Assembly: GCA_001724265.1 (NCBI GenBank)
Contig: MEDY01000660.1
Coordinates: forward strand, 124,001 to 188,000
Length of the DNA stretch: 64,000 bases
Direction of reading: 5' to 3'
Source of the DNA: Rhizaria sp. SCN 62-66
Taxonomy: Eukaryota
Positions 49,292 through 59,243 of this stretch are shown in pieces (position 1 is the stretch's first letter; the number at the start of each line of letters is the position of its first letter). Both the position numbers and the translations under genes were made by a program. Under the pieces are notes generated by a model. The model saw nothing but the letters and a program-made list of their open reading frames with translations, searched no databases and had not been told where the DNA came from.

Positions 49292-51001
49292 TTAGTGCGC
49301 CTTGGGCGCATCGTACTCGTCGAGGCGGTTGATGAGCGTGTCAGCGTAGTTGGGCGAGTAGTACTGCACGATATCCGCCGGATACAGCGAGTTGATCGTA
49401 GCGATGTACTCCTGCAGCTTGCCCGTGGGGTCAGAGTCGCGCAGCTCCTGGATCTTCTGCAGGCCGCGAGAGAGCACGAACGAGCGGCGCGCGCCAGCGT
49501 TGTTGGGCAGCACCTTGGCGAACTGCTGGATGATGTACTTGACAATCTTGGGCGGCGCGTCGTGCAGCAGCGGCTCGAGCGCGGGCAGGTGCGTGCACTT
49601 CTCCAGCACGCTCTTGAGCGCGCGCTGGGCCTTGAGCTTGAGGTCCGGGCTGGAGCGCGCGTCGGCAAAGGCGTCGATGAGGCGGCGCAGCACGTCGGCC
49701 TGCGCCAGCGCCTTGGCGTGGTCGGGGCTGTGGCGGCCAATCTGGCCCAGCGACCAGGCCGCCGCGGCGCGGATGTGGTCCTCCTCCTCGGAGACGAGCG
49801 CATCCTTGAGCGGCAGCACGCCCTGAGGAAACAAAAAGAAACAATATGAGGTTTGGCGACGTATATGTGAGGATGGAGAGTTAAAAATAAGTCATACAAT
49901 AAAAAACACAGAAAACACCTTAAAAAGTTAGTTTTCGATTCATGCGTCCAAATATGACAGAGATATGCTTTGTTTCAAATGGCTGTCCAGACGTACCTGG
50001 TGGACGATGATGGCGAAGGCGAGGGTCTCGCTGAAGGCGGCGATGAAGCCGAGCGCCATGATGCCGGGCAGACGGGCCGCGCCCTCGGACTGGGCCGTGT
50101 AGTCGATCAGCGCGGCGTGGCCGCCGGCGTTGACGATGAGCTGCGCGAGCTCGGGCGTCTGTTTGGCGACCTCGCGGATGCACGTGGCGGCGTTGCGGCG
50201 CACGACGAGGTCCTGGTCCTTGAGGCAGAGGAAGACGTTGGGGAAGATCTCAGCCTCAACCACAACCTCGGCGAGGTCCACGGAGTGCTTGGCGACGTGG
50301 GAGAGACACGCGCAGACCTGGCGCTTGAGCTTCGAGTCGGGGTGCTGAACGAGGGCCGAGAGGTAGGGCACGGCGCCCTGGTCGACGACGACCTGCGCCA
50401 GCTCGGGCGTGTGCTTGCAGATCTCGGACAACGTCGAGGCCGCAATGCGCTTGAGCGACAGCTCGGGCTCCTGTACGCAGAGCACGAGGGGCGCCACGGC
50501 GGCGGCGTCGACGACGTACTGAGCGAGCTCGGTGTTGTGACGCGCGATGTAGCCCAGGGCCCACGCGGCGGCCTCCTTGACAGAGGGCTCGAAGTCAGAC
50601 AGACAAGCCACGAGGGCGTCAAGAGCGCCCACGGTCTCCACAACGGTCTTAGCGAGCGGCGCGGAGTGCTTGGCGACGGCCTTGAAGACGAAGGCGGCCG
50701 TCTTCTTGTAGAAACGGTTCTTCTCGCTGATCGAGTGCACGAGCTGGGGCAGCACCTCGGACGCGCACACGGCCTCGGCGACAGCCTCGGAGTAGTTGGC
50801 AAGGCGGCCAAGCGCCAGCGCGGCGGACTGCTGAATGCTGGGCACAGTGTCGATGAGAAGCGGGCGCAGGAGAGCGAGGACACCGTTAGCGAGAAGCATC
50901 TCGATGTTCTGCTCACGGTTTGCGAGGTCCGCGATGGTTTGCACAAAGGTCATCCGCGCAGTCTGGTACTGGCTGAAGACCTGGAGAACCGCTCTGCTCA
51001 T
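49292..51001 (-). CDS. SPAG6: PF16/SPAG6 axonemal central-pair armadillo-repeat protein (511 aa); exons 51001-49997 and 49822-49292
   Basis: MSRAVLQVFSQYQTARMTFVQTIADLA, IQQSAALALGRLANY, NRFYKKTAAFV and YPADIVQYYSPNY are diagnostic. Phase-0 intron; TAA stop. Confidence 0.97.
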
Positions 51002-51517
51002 TGTGCAAGACGAATTCTATAGCGCGGCAAGAAGTACAAATCAGACAGAAACGGTAGGGCGGTGCAGGGCAAGGGGAAAGTGAGTGACGGATGAGGTTGG
51101 TGAGAGACAGTGGTTGACGGCTAAGAGGGCAATAGTTGCGACACTAAACCAGCACAAGATAAGAAACTGAATTATCGACACAAATAAACACGCGTATGTC
51201 CTCCAATAAATGAGCAAAACTCCATTAAATTACGAGTGCTCTCCCCAGAATCCACAATTTTCAAAACCTTGATGGCCGTTACTGGTCACCTTAGCCGTGC
51301 GACCGTGAGACGATGAAGAAGAAGAAGAAGTAGAAGAATGCATAGACGGGGGGCTGTCGATTGACCGACCGAGCGACTCCAAAGATGTATGCCTCCTGCA
51401 TGTTATCATCCGTTAATAGACTTTACGAGAAACGAAATTGGGATTTCTTGCTATATAAGTCAATATTCCAACTTATTTCTCTCCCATCTTATTTCCTTGT
51501 TGACGAACTCAGAGTGC

Positions 51518-54500
51518 ATGCGCAAGTCCTTGCACTGCGCTGTCTCGACGGCTCTCCGGGCTCTCCCGTCCGTACATGCAGTCCCAGCATTGCCTTCCGT
51601 CGTCGGCCCCGCCATCCCGCTTGCACCGAGCTCCATCCTTGCAGCGCGCTCGCTTTTCCCCACAGACGCATCCTGCTCTGGCGTCACGACTGCCAGTCGC
51701 AGGCACTACGACAGCAACCGCAACCGTACCCGTGAGACCTTCGGCAACAACAACGACGAAGACTTGTTTGGCTCAAGCTCTCGCAGTTCTACCACTACTA
51801 ACAAGCACAATAACAGTACTATAAGCAGCAACAGGAACCGTGAAGCGTTTGGCAACAACGATGATGACGACCTGTTTGGCTCAAGTGATCCTGCTACGAC
51901 TACTGCTGCTGCTGCTGAGTACGCTGCGTCTCTCTCGCGCTCCAACAACAACACTTCTGATGACCGTAACAGCCACTACATTGGTGACGATTACGATGAC
52001 GAACTTGACCACGAGTAGCAACAGCAAGAGACCGAGACCGACGAAGGCTATGACTTCCTCTTCGACACAAAGAACGGCCAGGCTCACAACAGCAATCCCA
52101 CCGCCAGCAACAGCAGCAGGCACGTCGCGAACAACGCCGACGGTGCCGATGCCACCGAGAGTGCCGAAGACTACGCCGTGACGGTTACCGCGGCGTTCCT
52201 CTCCGGCGACCGGTCGCAGCTCTCTCCGGACACGCGCTACGCGCTCGCAGGCGCCGGTCTCGCCAAGCCCTCTCTGACCGACGCCGCGCTGCTCGCCACG
52301 GGCGGCCTCGCGGCGCTGCCCCTCACCGGGCTCGGGGCCGTCGTGCAGCAGCGGTCGCCGTGGCTGCCCGCGCGCCGCAAGATTATCCCCATGCCGCCCG
52401 GCGTGCCGGCCGCCGCCGTGGCCGCGGTGGAGCAGTTCGAGCGCGCGCTGCCGTTCGCGCTACACGAGAACACCACGCGCGTGCTCGGTTTGCCCACCGC
52501 GCTCGGCGGCTTCGGCTTTAAGCAGCTGACGGCGGTTCAGCTGCGCACGCTGCCGCCGCTGGCGCAGGGCCGCGACGCCCTGATCCGCGCACCCACGGGC
52601 ACGGGCAAGACGCTGTCGTACCTCATCCCGGTTGTGGAGCAGCTGCTGCGGCGCCGCGTCTCGCCCACACAGCGCAAGTTTAGCGCCGTGATTGTCGCGC
52701 CGACGCGCGAGCTGGCGCTGCAGATCTCGGCGGCGGCGCAACACCTGCTCGCGCTGCACGGACGGCTGGCGCAGAGCCAGTACCGCGTGGCGACGCTCAT
52801 CGGAGGCGGCAGCTCGCTGCACGAGGATCAGCAGCCGCTCATGTCGGACGACCCGGCGATCGTGGTGGGCACTCCCGGACGCCTCGCCGCGCACATCGCG
52901 CAGACGCCTGGGTTCCGCACGCGCTGCCGCCACGCGAGCGTGCTGGTGCTGGACGAGGTCGACTACTTGCTCGCGCTGGGGTTTAAGAACGACCTCACGG
53001 CCATCGTCGGGGCTGTCAAGGCGCAGCGGCAGACGGTGATGCTGTCGGCCACGCTCTCCCCGGCGGTGCGGCTGGTCGCGCATTACGCGCTGCGGCGCGG
53101 GCATGACGTGCTGGACCTCATCGCCGACCCCACGGGCAGGGGCGCGGAGGCGCTCAAGCAACGCTTCGAGCAGCGCGTGCGGGAGGACCAAGAGGAGCAT
53201 TACCGGCAATACGTGCAGCAACAGGAAGAGCAAGAGCAGGGTGTCAGTAAGGGTGATGCTGAAGCTACTGATGCGGTCGAGCAGCAGCCGAACGGGACCG
53301 AAACTGATGCTACTGCCACTGCGACTGGGACTGCGCCCGATGCGAGCAAGTCGCGCGCGCCGCGGTTCGGGCTGGAGCATACGGGCGAGTTCGAGGAGCT
53401 CAACGAGCAGGACGACTGGAGCGCCGACGCCGCGGCCACCGTGCGCGCCGCCATCCGCCAGCAAAACAGCGCCTCTGCTGCCAACGAGGACGGCGACGCT
53501 GTCGATGACGACGCCGAGTTTGGAGAGGACAACGAAGACGGCGACGGGCTCGTCGGTTACGACAGTGAAGAGGCCGCGCTGGCAGCCTACGTCTCCGAGA
53601 CGCCCGTGACCGCGCGCCAGATGATGGTGACGGCGCCGATCTCGGAGCAACTGCCAACGCTGGCGCGTCTGTTCGACGACATCGGGGGCCGGTTCATGTT
53701 CGCACGCCAGTCAGTCTACGACTCGCTGCACGAGCAGTCCGACGCCGAGGGGGCCGATGGGGGCATTGCTCACCGGACTGCTGCCGCAAGGGCCAATGAC
53801 AACGCCAGCGACAATGCGAGTGCTAGTGCGGAGGCCGAGGCTGCAGAGGCGGATGAGGCGGCTGCGTTTGTGGCGTGGCGCGCGGGCCCCGGCCGGTCGG
53901 GCAACGCGCCCGTCGCCAACATCAGCCCGTCACAGTCGCCTTTCCCCGTGAATAACTACAACAACAACAAGAGCGGTCTCACTGGCGATGACGACGCGAT
54001 TCCGATGACACACAGCGACCTCAACGGCGGCATCCGCGGCACTGGCCACAACGGCAAGGTTTCCCGCAAAGACCGCCGCGAAGCCGCCGCCGCTGCCGCT
54101 GCCGCTGCGGCCAAGCTCCAGGGCGCTAATGCACAGGCGCAGCAGTCTCAGTCAGAGGACGTGTCCGAGAGCGAGACCGAATGGGAGTCGGACGTCGAGT
54201 CCGACTACGAGCTCTCCACACCCGGCGCCGCCACGGCCGCGATCTTCGCCGCGGCCCGCACCTGGCGCGATCGCGAGCGGCTGCTGGACGCCACGCTGCC
54301 GCGGCCGCCCAAGATCGTCGTGTTTTTGCCCACAGCGCGGCTGGCGCAGTTCGCGGCGGCCGTCTTCCGCCGCGTCCTCGCCCCGCACCCGGAGCCGGCG
54401 CCCGCGGACCTGCGCAAGCGCGCGCTGGCGGAGCGCGCGCGGCGCGAATCGCTGCGGCACGCGTGGGGCGGCGTGCTAGAGCTGCATTCGCGCCGCTCGC

Positions 54501-55864
54501 AGACGCAGCGCGTGCGCGCCGTGGAGGAGTTCGGCCGGAACGCCTGGCGCGGCGGGGCCGTGCTGTTCGCCAGCGACGTGGCATCGCGCGGGCTCGACTT
54601 CGACGACGTGGACCTGGTCGTGCAGGTGGGGCTACCGCCGTCGCGCAACCAGTACATCCACCGCGTCGGCCGCACCGCGCGCGCGGGCAAGGACGGCTCG
54701 GCGCTGCTCGTGGTCGCGCCCTACGAAGCCGACGCGGCGGGCCGCATGGTCCAGGGCCTCCCGGTCACGGACGTCGAGTTGGACGGCGTCGAGCTGCCCG
54801 CGCTTGACGAGCTGTTGCAGCGCGCCGAGGCCAACATGAGCCAAAACGCTCTCACACACAATGCGAGTGCTATTGTGACCGATTTCTTTACCGACCAACA
54901 AGAGCTCGCTAAGTCCGCTGATTCTGCTGATTCTGCTGATGCTGAGCAGGAGAACGAGAACGAGGACGAGGCTGCGGGCGGCCAGGAGCTGTGGGACGGG
55001 GTCGTCGCCCGCGCCTGCGTCCCTCTGCTCATTCCGCCCTCCGCGTCGGCTACAGAGCGCAGCGCCGTTCTCTCCGAGCTCCGCGGGCAAGTCATGTCCG
55101 CGCGCACGGGCGCGCTGTGGACCGAGGCCGACTCGCTGGAGCGCTCGCTGCGGTTGACCCTCGCGCGCGTGCTGGTCGACGAGACGCTGGGGTTGCATGC
55201 AGACCGCGCGTGGGTGTCCTGGCTGGGGCTACACCGCGTGCGCAAGCTCCGCTCCAAGGGCGGCGACGTGCTCTCGGTGCAGCTTGAGGCTGTCAAGCGG
55301 CCGCAGACTGCGGGCGTGCCCACGGTCGCGGAGCTGGTCCCGTTGGCCCGGGAGCAGGCGGGCGCGCTCGGCCTGCGGGGGCCCTTCGGTGACGGCGACA
55401 TGCCGGTGCTCGCGCCGGCGATCGCCGCGAAGCTCGGGCTCACCGGCGTCGCCACCAAGGCCGCGTCAAGTGCTTCTACAACGGCAGCAGCGGCAAAGGG
55501 CGGCGCGACAGAGAGCGCGGCGGCCAGTGCGGCTGCGGTTGTGTCTGGAGAGGAAGAGGATGAGGACGCAGTGAAGGAGAAGGGCTTTGTGATCGGCGAG
55601 CCCCGCAAGTGGGGCAAGTCGATCAAGGAGCAGGGCGGGAAGAAGGAGCGCCGCGCCCGGTGGGGCAAGCAGCAGCGCGAACTCCGCAACAACTTAAACA
55701 ACAACGCGAACTCTCACGGTGATGATGAGTACGGGAGCAGCCAGCGCGTGATGGGCAAGAAGACGCTGACGGCGCAGCGCAGGGAGGTGATGAAGGGCTC
55801 GGAGCAGATGAGTCGGCCCACGCGCGGTAGGACCGGCGAGGTCCATTACAAGTGGCACGCGTAA
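51518..55864 (+). CDS. DEAD-box RNA helicase, Mss116/plant RH25-26-31-like, with a predicted mitochondrial presequence; 1448 aa through the in-frame TAG at 52016-52018
   Basis: Motifs GFKQLTAVQ (Q), APTGTGKT (I), PTRELALQ (Ia), TPGRL (Ib), DEVD (II), SAT (III), VVFLPT (IV), SDVASRGLDF (V) and YIHRVGRTARAG (VI). The upstream ORF MRKSLHCAVSTALRAL...SRRHYD is in the same frame; TAA stop. Confidence 0.88.
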
Positions 55865-56241
55865 CTTGTCAGTGATCGGTGAAACAACAATAACAACAAG
55901 TGCAGCAGTGAGAACAAACTTTGCAAAGTGTTTTTCGCATGGTGGTGTGGTTGTATTTGTTTCAATTTAAGGTTGTCAACTTTATTAAATATTTATTCTC
56001 AATGATTTAGTCCCAATACACATATTAGCTCGTTTACAGTTTGAGTATGAGTTCATGATACCAAAAGCAGTTACACACCCCATGGCGACAAACAAACGAG
56101 TGAACATGATTCAGCAAGTGATTGTTTGTATTCAACGCAGAATGAAATAAGAAATAGCTAAATAACAAATATGATAGAACAGTTTGAAGCAAGATACTTT
56201 GACAATGTCAGTGTTTCTTTGGTCGGCTAAAGAAACACACT

Positions 56242-58305
56242 TTACTCATCGACACTCTTCTCAGTGGTCTTGGCAGTCTCGGCCTCAGCCTCAGCCTCAG
56301 CCTTAGCCTCAGCCGCAGACTCACTGGCGGTCTCCGCCTCAGTTTCAACAAGCTTAGCGCTCGCTTTTGCGGCCTCCTCTTCCTCTTCCTTGACCTCCTC
56401 GACCTTTGCAGGGCTAGGCACATTCGGAGCAGTCTGAGCCTGAGTCTGCGTTTGTTGCGGCTTGACCTTCTTGCCGCCCCGCTCGCTCTCGACCGCCTCG
56501 TCCGTCTTGACGGCGCCCAGGAGCACCACGGCGCGCGCGCAGCGGACCGTGTTGCTGTGGCCGACGTCGAGCTCGGCGCTGACCACGCGCGCGGCGGTGA
56601 CGGGACCCAGGGAGTAGACGGCGGCGGCGGCGGCCTCGGCCTCGGCGCGCGCGGCGGCGCGCTTAGCGCGCTCCTTGTCCTCCTCACTCGCCGCCGCCGC
56701 CGCAGCAGCAGCGGTGGCGTCGACGGTGCTGCTGACAGCGGTGGGCAGCGATGCGATCACCTCGAACAAGTCGTCACCCTTGCCGCTCTTCGCGCTGCCA
56801 CTGCGAGCGTTGTCATCAGGGTTGACGCGGGGGCCGACGCGCAGCTGCCACTGGGCGGGCGCCTGCGCGGCCTGCTCGACCTCGAACACGAAACGGAACG
56901 GCCGTTTCACACCATCAAGCGCGGCAGCAGCAGACTCAGCGGCGCTGGCGTTGTCGGAGGACACACGCGCCTCGGCGTCCGAGGCCGCAGCAAGCATCGT
57001 GGATGCAAGCTGGAAGGGGTCCATGATGGCGCCGCCGGTCTCCTCGCTGACAAGCCGCGCGGCCCAAGCGGGCCAGTGGCGTGGGTGGACGTTCCCCGTC
57101 AGGTTCGCGAAGGCCTGCGTGTCGGTGGCGTTGAGCGAGAACTCAAACTCGTTCACGCTGCTGCCGCTGCCGCTGCTGCCGCTGCTGCTCGCGCTGACGG
57201 CCGCGGCGGCCGGCACGGCCACGCGTGGCGCGGTAAGGATCGCACCGTTGCGGTCAGCGCCGCTGCGGTCTGTGCGGAGGCGCGGCGCGGCGCCAGGGAA
57301 GCGGTAGGTGTTGACCACGCGCGCCACGGGGGCCATGCGGCGCGCCTTGAGCGGCAGCGGCGCCTTGGCGCTTTCCGCGGAGCCGCCGGCACCGTTGCGG
57401 CGGGGGCCGGTGGGGATCTGGGAGGTGCCTGCGGTGTGCGAGGCGGCGGGAGTAGTGGCGTTGCGATCCGCACTATTGGCGGTGTTATCGTTGCTGCTGC
57501 TGCTGCCGCTGTTGTAGGTGAGGAGAGGCATAGTGTCGAGGTCGAGCGAAATGTCGCTGATAAAGTCGAGCTCGACGTCGCCGTTGCGCTCCACATGATT
57601 CGCGATGCGTGTGGCGAACGACAGCCGCGCGCGGCGGTGCGCGGGGCGCAACACGGTCAGGTCGGTGCGGATAAGCATGGCGTCGAGCACGCGGAGCGGG
57701 AAGGCGGAAAAGACCATGATGGAGAGGTCCATGGAAAAGCAGGGCACGGTGTAGAAGGCTGGGGAGAGAGGGAGCAGCGAGGAGCGCGTCATGGCGATGA
57801 CGGAACGCATCTCGGGCGTGATCGTCACGGCGGGGACCGCAGCGGACGGCGGGGGTGGCGCGGGGGCGCTCTTGTCGCGCACAGACGCAGAGGACGAGCT
57901 CGCGCTGCTGCTGCTGCTGCTGCTATCAGCAGCAGCGGCAGAGGAAGCGCTGTCGGTGGGCAGCACGGGCTCAGGGCGCCAGGAGGCGGCCATGCGGTCG
58001 TGGTCGAATTGCGTCTTGATACTGAAGACAACGTCGGCGGCCTCGGAGGAGATGGGAGGCACGGCGGGGCCCGTGGGCGGGAGGGTCTTGTTGCGGAGCC
58101 AAGAGCCGCAGACGACTTTATAGTAGCACTGGTAGAGCGACGGCAGCGAGCCACGCTCGGCGACGATAGTCTCCGTGAGCTTGGTCCACGCCAGGAACAC
58201 GGTGCCGGCGATGAGCAGCGGTAGCGCGCGGGAAAACATCGCCGGAACGACGATCCAGCCGCCGACGATGACGATTGTGAGCGAGGGCAAGAACGCGGTC
58301 GACAT
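56242..58305 (-). CDS. MaoC-like double hot-dog fold protein with an N-terminal TM anchor and a degenerate hydratase motif
   Basis: PAFYTVPCFSMDLSIMVFSAFPLRVLDAMLIRTDLTVLRP and FANLTGNVHPRHWPAWAARL..GGAI resemble MaoC/(R)-hydratase domains. TAA stop. Confidence 0.62.
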   Translation of the reverse strand: MSTAFLPSLTIVIVGGWIVVPAMFSRALPLLIAGTVFLAWTKLTETIVAERGSLPSLYQCYYKVVCGSWLRNKTLPPTGPAVPPISSEAADVVFSIKTQFDHDRMAASWRPEPVLPTDSASSAAAADSSSSSSSASSSSASVRDKSAPAPPPPSAAVPAVTITPEMRSVIAMTRSSLLPLSPAFYTVPCFSMDLSIMVFSAFPLRVLDAMLIRTDLTVLRPAHRRARLSFATRIANHVERNGDVELDFISDISLDLDTMPLLTYNSGSSSSNDNTANSADRNATTPAASHTAGTSQIPTGPRRNGAGGSAESAKAPLPLKARRMAPVARVVNTYRFPGAAPRLRTDRSGADRNGAILTAPRVAVPAAAAVSASSSGSSGSGSSVNEFEFSLNATDTQAFANLTGNVHPRHWPAWAARLVSEETGGAIMDPFQLASTMLAAASDAEARVSSDNASAAESAAAALDGVKRPFRFVFEVEQAAQAPAQWQLRVGPRVNPDDNARSGSAKSGKGDDLFEVIASLPTAVSSTVDATAAAAAAAASEEDKERAKRAAARAEAEAAAAAVYSLGPVTAARVVSAELDVGHSNTVRCARAVVLLGAVKTDEAVESERGGKKVKPQQTQTQAQTAPNVPSPAKVEEVKEEEEEAAKASAKLVETEAETASESAAEAKAEAEAEAETAKTTEKSVDE

Positions 58306-59243
58306 GCCGCGAGCTGCGGGTGCGGAGGGTGAGGCGCGGTGTGAGCGAAGGGTAGGGAAAAGTCGTGTTAGCGGGGATATCAAGAGCTTAAGCAAGTATT
58401 ATTTCGTGTGTAATAATATGCGACAAATTTATATGCTAAAATCCTATTTTTAACTCCAATAACGGACGATTATGCTCATGCATTGCAATATCCTGAACTG
58501 CTCGGTCAGCTTGTGGTAGTCTTCGGTCTTCAGTCTCGCGGCCAGTTTTGGACTGCTCACGGTCAGCAGTTGGCTGGTTCGGTCAGAAGGCGCGACAAGA
58601 GGCACGAGGTGATCAGCCCCTTAAAATCTCGTCCCGGCCGAATCTCAGAGGTTACCATTAATGATCGTATTTTAATGATCACTCAAATATGACATGATAT
58701 GTCTCATCTTTAAATGTGGACTTGTTTGACGACCGATTTCATCGTGTTTGAATCACATTTTGGTCGCACTCGAGCTACTCTTTGCTCTCCCCTTTGGCCC
58801 TCAGCTTCCTTCTCTATTCTGCCTCTAGAACCCCTCACCGCTTGCATCTATCTGCTTCACAGATATCACCACATACTAAATCACGTGTCATACCTTAAAC
58901 CATTGCTCATGTTATTGCCCCATGTATTCTTTCTCTCCATACATCCCCTTGTCTCGCTCCTTTCTTGCGCCTTTCTCAACCATCTGTCCTCTTCGACCGG
59001 CATCACCACAGAGGGTTTCCGGTTCGTTCCTCCAAGCGACCCGTTTAGAGATCCCCTTGCGTAGGTTCCCCACACCTTTTCCCCGGTTGTCTGTTGTTGC
59101 GCGAGTTTCCTCCAAAGCTCCCCAACAATCCCACGCCGAGAGCCAAGGTCACCGGTATCTACCCCAGCACCCGACACCCCACCTCGGCTGCTCCCCGGTC
59201 ACGAAGCAAAGCTCTTTCAGCCCTCCACTGACGCGCTTTCCTC

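Noticed and set aside
52015-52030. A micro-intron (GTAGCAACAG or GTAGCAACAGCAAGAG) that would remove the TAG
   Set aside because: Lengths of 10 and 16 nt would shift the frame, and neither matches the GTRCG donor or the 140-255 nt AT-rich intron class.
22212-55864. Calling the four TAG-containing genes pseudogenes
   Set aside because: There are no frameshifts or internal TAA/TGA over thousands of codons, helicase motifs are intact, and every interruption is the same codon.
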